A stretch of 64,000 nucleotides of DNA, taken from Azolla caroliniana. Taxonomy: Eukaryota > Plantae > Polypodiophyta. The first letter of the stretch is position 1. Every line of letters begins with the position of its first letter. Location of the stretch: NCBI GenBank assembly GCA_043228905.1, contig JBHGNT010000009.1, forward strand, positions 4,774,001-4,838,000, given 5' to 3'. Shown in pieces: positions 1 to 12,753 of this stretch. Under the pieces are notes generated by a model. The model saw only the letters and a list, made by a program, of their open reading frames with translations. It did not search any database and was not told the DNA's origin. The translations under genes were made by a program, and so were the position numbers.

Positions 1-92
1 GAGAGAAAGAGAGAGAACTATGGATTTTAGTGTAATGTGTATAAAAAGGTAGTGAGAGGTATAGGGGAGGGGGAAGGGAGAAGGGAGAAAAA

Positions 93-130
<38 letters not shown>

Positions 131-371
131 AGATTTTAGTGAAATATAAGGGAATGATAGGGAATATAGATAGGAGGGAAGGGGGAAAAGGAGATGTGTG
201 TGACTAGTAAATAGTAGTAAGGGGGAAGGAGAGAGGAACAAGGAAGGGGGATAGATGAAGGGTGAGAAAATATGTTTATGGGGGGGGGGGGTCTAGGATG
301 TTTTTAGTTTTGACTAGAAAAGAGTGGAGGTTTTTGGATTTTGTCCAACAAATAATGGATTTAGGGATATG

Positions 372-1358
372 TTATAGTTGGGGATCTAATTGTAGGCTAG
401 AGTGTAGGCTATTGAGCATTTCTTTGATAATTAGTGTGGGGGTATGGCGAGTATATCTAAGTTTAAAGATAGTGGGTGGGGTGGTTTTTTTAGTTTTTTC
501 TTTGAAGAGGAGAGTGTGTCTAAGGGAGTAAGGGTGTTTTCTAAAGTTCTTTAGAATAAAATGCGTGGGATAACCTCGGGCCCTAAGTCTCGTAAAGAAT
601 TTCTTTTGCATATTTAAATAACCTAGGGATGTGCTTTCGCTAACCATATATCCTTTTAATTCATTCGAAACGAAACTATTTTTAACATGGAGAGGGTGAT
701 TGGAGGAGTAAGGGATGTATTGATATGTATTAAGTGTTTTTTGAAAGCAATTAAAAGTGTATCTATTATTATCTAAATTAATCCACAAGTCTAAAAAGGG
801 TAGTTTCGTGTAAGAAGTATGTATGGTTAGTTTGATAGAGTTTTGAGTAGTGTTACTATAGAAGTTTAGGTATTCGAAAAGTTGGGGTTTAGTACCAGTC
901 CAAACGCCAAAGGCATCATCAATATACCTAGTGAAATAGAAAAGGTGGGGTGATGGATTGGAATTTTCTAGATATGAGAGGAAGAGACATGCGTAGACAA
1001 CGGAAAAATTACTGCCCATGGCTGTTCCTTTTACCTGTTGATAAATTTGGTTGTTGAAATTTAGGAAGTGGTATTCTAAAGTGAGGGCGCTAAGGGTATG
1101 AATCAAATTAGTTTTTTGGTTCGAAAAGTGGGGGGAAATAATATTTTTTAGGGCTAAGAGTCCTAGTTTTGGTGGGATGCTAGGGTAGAGTGATTCAACA
1201 TCAAAAGAAAAAATAAAGCTATTGGGTGGTGTTATAAGTTGTTCTAAGGTTTGGACAAGGGAATGGGAGTCCCTAAGATATTGTTTTTGACGTAGAAGTA
1301 TAGGGAGGAGTTGGTGGTGAAGCCATTTAGACGTTTATTCAAATAATGAACCATTATA
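372..1358 (-). pseudogene. Penelope-like element (PLE) reverse transcriptase, 5'-truncated
   Basis: The ORF 372..1106 frame extends upstream through SFDVESLYPSIP. It contains YQQVKGTAMGSNFS, YFTRYIDDAFG, LPFLDL and a thumb region YIPYSSNHP...RLRARGYP, all PLE RT motifs. In-frame stops near 1337 and at 372. No GIY-YIG motif follows. Confidence 0.85.
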
Positions 1359-1359
1359 T

Positions 1360-1984
1360 GAACTTTTCACTTCACCCCCACTTTGTCAATTTACCCATGT
1401 ACCCCTCCCTTACCTTCCTAAATTACCCTTAATTACCCTCCTACCCTTCCCCCTCACTTTTTCAAAATTACCTTTCTACCCCTCCTCCCACTTTTTCCTA
1501 TTACCACTCTACCCCTCCCGTAAACACCCCCCCTCATTTCTTAAAAACGAAACACCCTACCCCCACCCCTCCTCTCTCTAAATCTTTTCCTCTTTTTATT
1601 CCTCTCTCACACTTAAGCTATCAATTCTCCCTCTCTTAGTTTTTACTTCCCTCTCTCAAAATCTTTTCCTATCCTATTTTATCCACCTCTCTATTTTTGT
1701 TTTTCTACCTTCACCCATGTTCTACTTTTTCTTACCCTACCCCTACCCCTCCCCATCCTCTTCCTAAATCTATAACCTTCCCCCTTTTTCTTTTTCCTCT
1801 TTCCCCATACTTGTCTCCCTCCCTTACCTCTCTCCTATTTCCTTTCTCTTTCTTACTTTGTCTAGTTTACACATGCATCTCTCTCCTCTCTCTACCCTCT
1901 TTCTCTCTCTTACTTTTCTCTCGTTATCCCACCCTTAATCCTCGTATATCTACGCACTCACTCCCCTTATGTCTTCTACTCATT

Positions 1985-2026
<42 letters not shown>

Positions 2027-2440
2027 CCTCTTTCCTTCCCTTCTCATCATCTCACATATTTTCCTTATTTCCCCCTCAATCTTAACTCCCCTTTTAATAT
2101 TTCCCCTCTTTTTACATTTCATATCCTAACTCTCTCTTTTCTTATTCCTCCTTAACATTATAACCTTTATTTCCTTATACCAAAACCTCCCCCTTGTCAC
2201 ATTAAAGCTCATAATATCCTTTTCCTTCTTCTCCAAATCTTCCCCTTTCCAAATCATATCCATAAGCACACACCCCCACTCCCTATTGTCATTTCTCTAA
2301 ACCCTCTCCTAAAACTCCTTATATAAACCTATCAAACCCTAATGGTCATTTTAGCACTGATGAGCCCCATAGTGGGCGAAACTAGTTTGCTCATGACCAT
2401 ATCCCCATGTAATTTCTTTTCTGTTCTAATCTTAATGATA
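1360..2440 (+). mobile_element. Pyrimidine-rich PLE 3' region/pLTR, inverted relative to the RT
   Basis: C/T-rich low-complexity tract that mirrors the composition of the minus-strand RT 3' flank (1-370). It ends in a hammerhead ribozyme. Confidence 0.5.
2342..2400 (+). ncRNA. Minimal type I hammerhead ribozyme (PLE-associated)
   Basis: AGCA-CTGATGA(2357-2363)-GCCC/GGGC stem II-GAAA(2378-2381)-CTAG palindromic stem III-GTT cleavage triplet-TGCT. An outer helix ATGGTCAT/ATGACCAT closes it. Confidence 0.85.
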
Positions 2441-2460
2441 ATTAGTAGTAGCTTTGCTCT

Positions 2461-2502
<42 letters not shown>

Positions 2503-3229
2503 ATGTTAGTAACATTTGTCTGTCTTTTAATTAATACTTAATGACTAGCCCTCTCTCCCTTTCTCATTATAGTTTTAGATATTTTAGTTTTAATCCTTAT
2601 AGTAATTAAAGTTATGAAGGTTTAATCTCTCTCTCTCTCTCATGCTCTCTAAGCCGTGCATTGATGATACACCATTCGCACTCCTTGTCGACGATCGTAT
2701 GATCAACAATAAAAATATTATTGTGAAATAATCATACTAGTTTTATATGGTGGAGTGATCTGATGACAAAATTATAGTCATGAGATGTTAGACCTATTAA
2801 GGTAAATATTAGTAAGATCTCAACTCTTAGAATAGCATCCATACCCCAAAGTTAATGAAATGATAGTTTATCAAATAGTAAGGTAGAGTCAGACAAACGA
2901 TGTTTGTGATGATGTTTTGATTACATCCAACCTACCTTATTTGAACCAATGATCTAATGATTACAACATTTCAACTACAATCCTCAGCCCTACCAACTAA
3001 GCTACAGTTGGGTTTTGATAATATCATTGTGACATAATCTTACAAGTTTTATATGATCGATTGATATGATGACGCAACTACAGTTATGAGCTCTTAGACC
3101 TATTAAGTTAAATATTGGCAAGATCTCAACACTTAGAATAACACCCATACTCCAAAGTTAATGAAATGATAGTTTATTAAATAGTAAACTAGAGTTACAC
3201 AAAATGTTTGTGATATTGTTTTGGTTACA

Positions 3230-3315
3230 TCCAACCTACCAGATTTGAACTAGTGACCTAAGGATTACAACATTTAAACTACAGTCCTCCGCTCTACCAA
3301 CTGAGCTAAGGTTGG
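3230..3315 (-). tRNA. tRNA-Tyr: tRNA-Tyr(GTA) with 13-nt intron; best-folding copy
   Basis: CCAACCTTAGCTCAGTTGGTAGAGCGGAGGACTGTAG[TTTAAATGTTGTA]ATCCTTAGGTCACTAGTTCAAATCTGGTAGGTTGGA. All stems can pair, and a T4 run lies ~25 nt downstream. Confidence 0.75.
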
Positions 3316-3820
3316 TTTACAATAAAATTATGACCTAATCTTACTAGTTTTATATGATCGACTGATATGACGACGCAAATATAGTCATGAGCTCTTAGAC
3401 CTATTAAGCTAAATGTTCGCATGTTCTCAACTCTTAGAATACCATCCATACTCTAAAGTTAATGAAATGACTATTTAAGAAATACTAATGAGTCAGACAA
3501 ACGATGTTTGTGATAATGTTTTGATTACATCCAACCTACCTTATTTGAACAAATGACCTAAGGATTACAACATTTCAACTAAAATCGTCCGCTCTACCAA
3601 CTAAGCTAAGGTTGGGATTTGATAATATTATTTTGAAATGATCATACTAGTTTCATATGATGACACAACTATAGTCATGAGTTGTTAGACCTATTAAGTT
3701 AAATATTGGCAAGATCTCTACTCTTACAATAGCACCCATACTCCAAAGTTAATGAAATGATAGTTTATCAAATAGTAAAGTAGTGTCACACATAATGTTT
3801 GTGATAATGTTTTGATTACA

Positions 3821-3906
3821 TCCAACCTACCGGATTTGAACCAGTGACCTAAGGATTACAACAGTTCAACTACAGTCCTCCGCTCTACTAACTGAGCTAA
3901 GGTTGG
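3821..3906 (-). tRNA. tRNA-Tyr: tRNA-Tyr(GTA), intron-containing, D-loop GG>AG change
   Basis: Near-consensus plant tRNA-Tyr with one D-loop substitution. Confidence 0.65.
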
Positions 3907-5043
3907 TTTTCAATAAAATTACGTCCTAATCTTACAAGTTTTATATGATAGAGTGATATGACGACGCAAATATAGTAATGAGCTCTTAGAGATATTAAGC
4001 TAAATGCTCGCATGTTCTCAACTCTTAGAATAGCATCCATACTCCAAAGTTAATGAAATGACTATTTATCAAATACCAAAGTAGAGGTAGACAAACGATG
4101 TTTGTGATAACGTTTTGACTACATCCAACCTACCTTATTTGAACCAATGACCTAAAGATTACATCATTTCAACTACAATCCTCCGCTTTACCAACTAAGC
4201 TAAGGTTGGGTTTTGATAATATCATTGTGAGTTGTGACATAATCTTACAAGTTTTATATGATCGAGTGATATGATAAGGCAACTATAGTCATGAGCTCGT
4301 ACACCTATTAAGCTAAATATTTGCCAGATCTCAACACTTAGAATAGCATCCATACTCCAAAGTTAATGAAATGGTTATTTATCAAATAGTAAAGTAGAGT
4401 CACACAAATGATGTTTGTCATAATATTTTTATTACATCTAACCTACATTTTTTGAACCAATGACCTAAGGATTACAACATTTCAACTAAAGTCCTCCGCT
4501 CTACCAACTGAGGTAGGGTTGGTTTCTAATAAAACTATGACCTAATCTTACTAGTTTTATATGATCAAGTAATATGACAACGCAAATATAGTCATAAGCT
4601 CAAAGACCTATTAAGCTAAAGGTTCGTAAGTTCTCAACTATTAGAATAGCATCCATCCTCCAAATTTAAGGAAATAAATATTTATCATATAGTGAGGTAG
4701 AGTCAAACAAACGATGTTTGTGATGATGTGTTGATTACAAGCAACCTACCTCATTAGAACCAATGACCTAAGGATTACAACATTTTAACTACAATTCTCA
4801 GCCCTACCAACTAAGCTACGGTTGGGTTTTGGTAATATCATTGTGACATAATCTTACAAGTTTTATATGATCGAGTGATATGATGACTCAACTATAGTGA
4901 TGAGCTCTTAGACCTATTAAGCTAAATATTGCAAGGATCTAAACACTTTGAATAGCATCCATACTCCAAAGTTAATGAAATGATAGTTTATCAAATAGTA
5001 AACTAGAGTTACACAAAATGTTTGTGATATTGTTTTGGTTACA

Positions 5044-5129
5044 TCCAACCTGCCGGATTTGAACCAGTGACCTAAGGATTACAACATTTAAACTACAGTC
5101 CTCCGCTCTACAAACTGAGCTAAGGTTGG
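5044..5129 (-). tRNA. tRNA-Tyr: tRNA-Tyr(GTA), intron-containing, D-loop GG>TG change
   Basis: Near-consensus copy with T arm CTGG-TTCAAAT-CCGG. Confidence 0.65.
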
Positions 5130-5660
5130 TTTTGGATAAAATTATGACCTAATCTCACTAGTTTTGTATAATCGAGTGGTATGACAACGCAAATATAGTC
5201 ATGAGCTCTTATACCTACTAAACTAAATGTTTGCAAGTTCTCAACCCTTAGAATAGCATCCATAATCCAAAGTTAATGAAATGACTATTTATCAAATACT
5301 AAAGTAGAGGTAGATAGAGGTAGACAAACGATGTTCGTGATAATGTTTTGATTACATCCAACCTACCTTATTTGAATCAATGACCTAAGGATTACAACAT
5401 TTCAACTACAATACTCCACTCTATCAACTAAGCTAAGGTTGGGTTTCGATAATATCATTGTGACATAATCTTACTAGTTTTATATGATCGAGTGATATGA
5501 TGACGCAACTATAGTCATGAGCTCTTAGACCTATTAAGTTAAATATTGGCAAGATCTCAACTCTTAGAATAGCATCCATACTCCAAAGTTAATGAAATTA
5601 TAGTGAATCAAATAGTTAAATAGAGTTACACAAAATGTTTGTGATAATGTTTTGATTAAA

Positions 5661-5746
5661 TCCAACCTACCAGATTTGAACTAGTGACCTAAGGATTACA
5701 ACAATTCAACTACAGTCCTCTGCTCTACCAATTGAGCTGAAGTTGG
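5661..5746 (-). tRNA. tRNA-Tyr: tRNA-Tyr(GTA) gene/pseudogene
   Basis: B-type unit; anticodon GTA retained, several substitutions. Confidence 0.55.
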
Positions 5747-5802
5747 TTTTTGATAAAATTATGACATAATCTTACTTGTTTCATATGATCAAGTGATATG
5801 AT

Positions 5803-7545
5803 GATGCCATATCGAGTTCCTGTTTAAAAAGCAAAGAAAACAGGGGAACTCGATACGCCGTATCGAGTTCCTGTTTAAAGTTTAGGTTTTAATCAGGAAC
5901 TCGATACGGCATCAGAGGCCTACCTGGAGTCCTGGCGCTCGATTCTCTTTGAAGACATGGTTGATCTTGTGGAAGTGGAGGCAGAGATAGCGTTTTCGTG
6001 CTTCGTGCTCTGTGTACTCTATGTGCTCTGTTCGCTCCGTGTTATCTTGTATGCTCTTGTGTACTCTTGTGAGTGAAATATGATGAGGTCTTCCTATTTA
6101 TAGGGATTGACCACAGTGGTTAAAGTAACCACAATCACCTTAACTAGGGTTGGTAAGTTTGAGGTTAGTTAGTTGGTAACCACAATCACATTAACAAGAG
6201 TAACTTATGATTGCATTAATGATTACAAAGTTAAACTAACATATTGATGAATCTTTTATAGTCATAATAACTTACAATGACTTTAAAGGTCATGAAGGAC
6301 ACAATGATAGAGGTTCATGAATGAACCAATGATTGATTACTAAAAGCGACATTTTTATGACTCTCAATTGCTGTGTATTAAAGATGTGGGCATGAATGAA
6401 CCAATGATTGATAAGTCTAATATTTAAAATTGTGAGCATTAATGAACCAATGACCGAGAAGTTCTATATCAAATATGGGTGCCATTAATTAGCCAATGAT
6501 TTTAACTTTAATCCAACATATTTATGGCTTGGTAATGATTGGATTTATATTATACTTGATTTAACTTCAAATAGACCTAGTTTAAATAATTATTGATATT
6601 TTAAATACAATTACTATATTAAAAATAATATGTTTATGTATTGTATTAATATAATATTAAATAATATAGACATTATATTGAGGGAGCTTTTGTTTAGAGA
6701 GGAGTTTATGTTTAGAGAGGAGTATATGTTTAGAGAGGAGCTTATTAGTTTTTTACCTTAGCCTAAGCACATAACTTAAAGAGCCTTATCTAGACCTTAA
6801 GCAATGAGTGAAGATTCACCGTTCTCGATTGAAGAATATTGTTTGTCATCAGACTTATCGTTTTCTACTTAAACGTATTGTTTGTCTAGAGACTCACCAT
6901 ATTCTATTGAAGAATATTATCTGTCGACAGACTCACCATATTCTATCGAAGAATATTGTCTGAGCCCATCTTCACCTATAGGGAATGTAAATAATGACAC
7001 ATGTGAAGAGTTCTCTATTGAAGAATATGATATTAATAAAGATACGGAGAATGAAGGTAGTGCCAATGAAACATCGAATAACATTGGCGATGGTCGCAAC
7101 AAAGAATTATATTGTAACAAGGTTACACCAACCTCTATGCAGGAAGAGAAATCTGGAAGCCCTATGCATATTAGAAGAATCCCACGAAGAATTCGTCTGG
7201 CTAGATTTAGCTTGGTGACATTAGATAAACAGATTGGATTTGATGTCAAAAAAATATGCTTTGCCCATGGTTGTATGTCTATGATTGGAAAATCAAAATT
7301 GCGAGAATTAAGGCGATACTATTTTTCGATGACTAGTGATGAGCAAGACACTTACCTCGGGTCACATATGCAACTAGTATCTGACAAATGTACGGGGATC
7401 AAAGTATCATTTGAGTATTATATCTTCCATGCGCAACAGATATGTAGAGTTGCATTCAAAATTGCATATGTGTTAGTAACATGCGGCTATATAGAGTACA
7501 ACAACGTCTACTTAGCGGGGATCAGATGCTCAATTGTAAAGAGGT
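5803..7545 (+). mobile_element. Internal fragment of a DNA transposon (Sola1-like), no termini visible
   Basis: Non-array sequence interrupting the tRNA array. Contains palindromic repeats at 5803-5913, short tandem motifs and a truncated transposase-like ORF. Confidence 0.5.
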
Positions 7546-7550
7546 TTTGA
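6804..7550 (+). pseudogene. Putative Sola1-type transposase N-terminal fragment
   Basis: ATG at 6804 is in frame with ORF 6882..7550 (one stop near 6870). Repeated DSPYSIEEYCLS units precede a C-x4-C...RRYYFSM...EQDTYL...YY...ICRVAF pattern that I recall from Sola1-type N-termini. No catalytic core is present. Confidence 0.4.
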
Positions 7551-8090
7551 ACTAGTGATCTAAGCATTACAAGATTTCAACTACAATCCTCCACTCACAC
7601 AAAATGTTTATGATAAGGTTTTGATTACATCTAACCTACTGGATTTGAACCAGGGACCTAAGGATTACAACATTTCAACTACAGTGCTCCGCTCTACCAA
7701 CTAAGCTAAGGTTGGGTTTGGATAAAATTATGACGTAATCTTACTAGTTTTATATAATCGAGTGATGTGACGACGCAAATATAGTCATGAGCTGTTAGAC
7801 CTATTAAGCTAAATGTTCGCAAGTTCTCAAGTCTTAGAATAACATACATACTCCAAAGTTAATTAAATGATTATTTATCAAATAGTAAAGTAGAGTCAGA
7901 CAAATGATGTTTGTGATAATGTTTTGATTACATCCAACCTACCTTATTTGAACTAGTGACTTAAGGATTGCAACATTTCAACTACAATTCTCCTCTTTGC
8001 CAACTAAGCTAAGGTTGGGTTTACATATTATTATTGTGAAATTATCATACTAGTTTTCATATGATGGAGTGATATGATGACACAACTATA
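7545..8090 (-). repeat. tRNA-Tyr array segment 2 (partial copy, then 7630-7715 and 7933-8018)
   Basis: Same unit sequence as segment 1. Confidence 0.9.
7630..7715 (-). tRNA. tRNA-Tyr: tRNA-Tyr(GTA) gene/pseudogene
   Basis: Full-length array copy with anticodon GTA and stem mismatches. Confidence 0.5.
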
Positions 8091-8441
8091 GGGTGAAAGC
8101 ATGCGAGTGGAAACAATTAGCTATGTCCTTGACATAGCTAATTAGCTATGCAAAAAGCTACCATTGATAAATAGTCATTTTAGTAAAAAGCCATCATTAA
8201 TAAATTAAGTATGCAAAAAACTACCATTGAAAATACTAGAGTGTTTTAATTACATATGTAAATGAGTGCCATAAATGTGCAACATAAATTGATGTGTGCA
8301 CCATAAATGTGTACCATAAATTATATATCGAATTCCTAGGTCCATTATGCATGATCCTTTGCCACATCACGTAGGCCATCTCTAGTTGAGTACTGTGGGT
8401 TAGTTGCTACCACTGTTGCTAAACCCTATCGAGTCCACCTG

Positions 8442-9060
8442 CCACCACTCTACACTGAGGGGCCGCTAATGTGCGTTCCAAGCATCATCAAAGAGCTACT
8501 CAATCTGATGGGGTTCTCTTCTCTATGACACTACACTCAGGGGCCACTACTGTGCATTCCAAGCATCATCAAAGAGCTGTTCAATCTGACGGGGTTCTCT
8601 TCTCTGTGCCACTCTACACTCAGGGGCCACTACTGTGCGTTCCAAGCATCATCAAAGAGCTGTTCAATCTGACGGGGTTCTCTTCTCTGTGCCACTCTAC
8701 ACTCAGGGGCCGCTACTGTGCGTTCCAAGCATCATCAAAGAGCTGTTCAATCTGACGGGGTTCTCTTCTCTTTGCCACTCTACACTCAGGGGCCGCTACT
8801 GTGCGTTCCAAGCATCATCAAAGAGCTATTCAATCTGACGGGGTTCTCTTCTCTTTGCCACTCTCACTCAGGGGCCGCTACTGTGCGTTCCAAGCATCAT
8901 TGGTAACTGTTCAATCTGACGGGGTTCTCTTCTCTGTGCCACTCTACTCAAAGGTGCCTTCTATGTGCATTCCAAGCATCATCGGTAACTGTTCAATCTG
9001 ACGGGGTTCTCTCCTCCATTGCCATCATTCTATACTCAGTTGCCGCTACTGTCCAGTCCC
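8442..9060. repeat. ~83-bp minisatellite (~7 copies) inside the transposon
   Basis: Unit CCACTCTACACTCAGGGGCCGCTACTGTGCGTTCCAAGCATCATCAAAGAGCTGTTCAATCTGACGGGGTTCTCTTCTCTGTG, degenerating towards the 3' side. Confidence 0.95.
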
Positions 9061-9345
9061 GGATTGCTTCCACATTTCGATTTGACGGAGTTCACTCATC
9101 CAACGGCAACATTCTACACTCAGTTGTCGCCATTGGTCGGTCTTGGATCGCCTCCTCAACTGTTCGATCCAACGGAGTGAAATCCTCTACTGTTCGGTCT
9201 TGGATTGCAATAACTTTTCTGTCTATTGATTATCTTGTGTATCGTTGTGTCTAATCTTGTGTATTGTGGAATATTTTTGTGTATTGTTGTTGCCCATAGC
9301 CATCTTTAATACTTGTTTTTTTTTCTGGAAATTTAGGGTTTTAAC

Positions 9346-12300
9346 ATGTCCAGCCAAATGGAACGGGAAGAAGAGTGTTTAGAATTACCCCTCAATGATC
9401 ATAAGGATAGAGATGATGCTATTAGGACACAACAAGCCATACGAAACTATTGGGCAGAAAAAAAAGGAAACATCGTCAATTGTTGAAGGATACGAAAGCC
9501 ACACTCAGTAAAGGTAAGGATAGTTTAGTTGAGAATGTAAGTAATGCAACTACCATCATAGAGAGAAAGGTTGTAGACAATTTCAATGTTCAAACCAAGC
9601 ACATCAGCAATGAAGAAAAGAAGGTAGTACTTTATGGAATATGTAATGATCCATCGATAAAGGACTTAGTTGATTGTGATGGTCTTAATGCAAACATATC
9701 ATCTATTTTAGTAAATAATCTTCGTAATAGTTTCGTATCCATGAGCAGGTCAGAAGATGATCTTGTCTTAAAAAGGTCTAGTCTAATGATGTTACTTAAT
9801 AGTGATGTTGACGATATAAACATCAGTGAGCTATCTAAGGTAATTGGTGTTAGTAGAAAAACAGTGTACAATACAATGAACCGTATAATTTCCTCGGGTG
9901 AAGGAACTAGTCTACTAAAGCTAACTACAAGATGTAAGCCAATGACACCCATAACATTTGAAATCAAGGATGTAATCACAATGTTTTGGACTAATGAGAG
10001 TAGGGTTTCACCCAATAAAAAGGATTTATGCAGGAAACGTGTTGGAAGAAATCAATACGAGGAGCATCCCATTCATCTTCTTGATGTACCTCAGGTATTT
10101 ACATTTATCTCAACATTTGTTTTGACTCTACTCGGAAAGTTAATTAGCTCAGTTAGCAGAAAAGCTAATTAGCTTATCAGTTACATTTACCTCAGTTAGC
10201 TACTAGGATAGCTACATAGGTAACTCGCTACTCTCAATAGCTACTACCATGATAGCTAATTAGCTATTCTCAATAGCTAATTTAGGTATTACCAGATAAT
10301 TAGCTATACTGGTAGCTAGTTTGCTATTTCGTTATTACCAGCTAATTAGCTACTAGGAAAGCTAATTAGCTACCATGATAGCTAATTAGCTTACTAGGAT
10401 AGCTAATTAGCCACCGTGATAGCTAATTAGCTACTAGACCAGCTAATTAGTTAGGATAGCTAATTAACCACCATTATAGCTAATTAGCTATTAGACCCGC
10501 TAATTAGCTACCATGATAGCTAATTAGCTACTAGACCAGCTAATTAGCTACCATGATAGCTAATTAGTTACTAAAACAGCTAATTAGCCACCATGATAGC
10601 TAATTAGCTACTAAACCCGCTAATTAGCTACCATGATAGCTAATTAGCTACTAGACCAACTAATTAGCTACCATGATAGCTAATTAGTTACTAGGAAAGC
10701 TAATTAGCCACCATGATAGCTAATTAGCTACCATGATAGCTAATTAGCTACTAGAATAGCTAATTAGCTACCATGATATCTAATTAGCTACTAGGACAGC
10801 TAATTAGCTACTATGACAGCTAATTAGCTACCATGATAGCTAATTAGCTACTAGAATAGCTAATTAGCTACTAGGATAGTTAGCTAGTTACGAGAATAAC
10901 TAATTCCCCTTTATTACGCAGGTCAATTTATTTATTAGGTTCAAACGAATGCATCCAACTATCAAAGTTCAACTATGAACATTCGAGTCTCTTAAGCCAC
11001 ACTTTGTGAGACGCTTAAAGGATCGATACACATGTTGTTGCATTTACCATGTACAGATGGGTTTTCTGAAGGACTTTGTTAATCTACTACGTCACCATAG
11101 CGCATCCCTAACTAATATAGTTTGCACATGTGGGTGCCCAATCTGTCGATCAAGCCCGCAAGAGGAGTGTAAATCATCTGAGCACGTTATCTCTTCCATG
11201 AGTTATTTATTAGATTCAATATTGTGTCCGAGAGAAACTGACGCTATCTTCCATATTCATAAATGTGTCATGGGTTTATGTCAAGATTGTGGCCCTACTA
11301 GATTTAGGTGGTGTCCAAATGAATTGAGTAGTGAAATATTGATCTCTGTGAAGTTATTTGAGTCAGTGAACACCAATTTCGAAGGAAAGGTGTGTAAAAG
11401 AAAGGATCTAGTTCGGAAGATGCTTAAACCAAGGGATTTGGTGTCTCTGTTTGTAGTATCTCTAGGAAAGTTCATTAAACACAACTTCATTTATTCATGG
11501 CAGGCCCATCAATTTAAGACTTGCATATCTGATTTCCCAAATGATGCAGTAGTCTCAGTAGTAGATTTCGCAGAGAATTATACTTTCAAGTAGCAGAATG
11601 AAATTCAATCTATGCATTGGTGTTCAGTTCAGGTAACCATTTTTGTACACATAACATATTTTCGAGTTTCAGGTGATGTTAAAAAAGTAATTCATTTCTT
11701 TATTTCCGATGATAAGAAGCATGATACCTTGTTCGTCCAACACTGTTTTAAGTTACATTGGCAGTGGTTATTAGCTCAACGTTTGGAGCTTACTCAACAT
11801 TGGGTCTGGTCTGACGGAGCTGCATCACAATTCAAGGCTCGACGTCCATTTTATTTTGTGGGGAGGTATCCTGCTATAACAGATTTGGAGATGAGATGGA
11901 ATTTTTTTGGGTCTGGCCATGGTAAAGGTGAACATGATGGTGTAGGGGTTGTTATAAAGCGGGCACTTACCCATGAACAACTAAAGACAGATGGTGTGCA
12001 CATGAATTGTGCATCACATGTAGTTGAATTTTTAAGAACAAATATGTCAACGAGTGCCACAGGTGTTTATTCCTCGCAAGTCCGAGATATCAAACGTGAA
12101 TTTTGGGAAGTGAAGATAGATGAAGTAAATAGGGAGAGTGCTAAGGAATTCCCGAATTGCGATCTCTGCATGTTGTTCGCGGTTATTCCAGGTTGGATGG
12201 TCATTGTATTGCGGTTAGAGAATTGACTTGTTTTTGCTTCCATTGTGTGCAGGGAAATTGGAGATATTGTCTAAACAAAGCATACATTCAGAATTGGGAG

Positions 12301-12753
12301 TATCACACTCTGAATGATAAGGAAGCAGTTGATGGAGAAACAGGGCAGAATGCTGACTTCACATATGAGGGACTTGGAGATACTTTGAGTGATGTCCTGA
12401 ACGTTGGGGATAACTTCGCTATAAATGCTGAAGAAGGCAATTCAGAGGGTGCTGATTTCTATATATTAAAGTGCACGGTTAGTAAACAGTGTGCAAGGTA
12501 GAATATTGTAGATGCATGGAGAAATTTTGTATCTGTCGGGACATTCTACATCGAAGGCATTTTTTATGCAAAACTAGATGACTACGAATATGTGTACAGG
12601 CTGTTAGAAGACAAACCAGCGGCGTACATGTACTCTCATTTGGTCAGGTGCATCAACGTCCCAATGTCAGAATACAATAGCTGCTCCAGTTTATACACTG
12701 TTGGTGCTAATGTGTATGAATGTATTTACAATAGTATGCCATGGAATTTGTAG
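9346..12753 (+). pseudogene. Sola2-like DDD transposase, two exons (9346-10094, 10922-12753), disrupted
   Basis: Motifs TCCCIYH, a Cys cluster, VDFAENYTFK*QNEIQSMHW, WSDGAASQFK and FFGSGHGKGEHDGVG. Phase-0 GT..AG intron at 10095-10921. Frameshifts near 9460 and 12150; stops at 10976, 11591 and 12499. Confidence 0.85.
10140..10900. repeat. AGCTAATTAGCT palindrome array filling the transposase intron
   Basis: Dozens of ~19-20-bp units built on the 12-bp palindrome AGCTAATTAGCT. Confidence 0.95.

Larger units (their letters stand above)
2715..5802 (-). repeat. tRNA-Tyr(GTA) tandem array, segment 1 (10 units of ~300 bp, alternating A/B types)
   Basis: 86-nt tRNA-Tyr-like copies begin (+ coordinates) at 2926, 3230, 3530, 3821, 4124, 4437, 4740, 5044, 5357 and 5661, with a shared spacer. 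Confidence 0.95.

Noticed and set aside
1697-2155. 152-aa L/S/F/P-rich ORF
   Set aside because: A consequence of the pyrimidine-rich composition; no recognisable domain.
2715-5802. tRNA array as CRISPR-like or as SINE copies
   Set aside because: Spacers are homologous between units, the intron is retained, and there are no tails or TSDs, so amplification was at the DNA level.
8442-9060. Regular repeats resembling a CRISPR array; ORFs 8471-9001
   Set aside because: Head-to-tail 83-bp units with no unique spacers and no cas genes, in a eukaryotic context. The ORFs are repeat artefacts.
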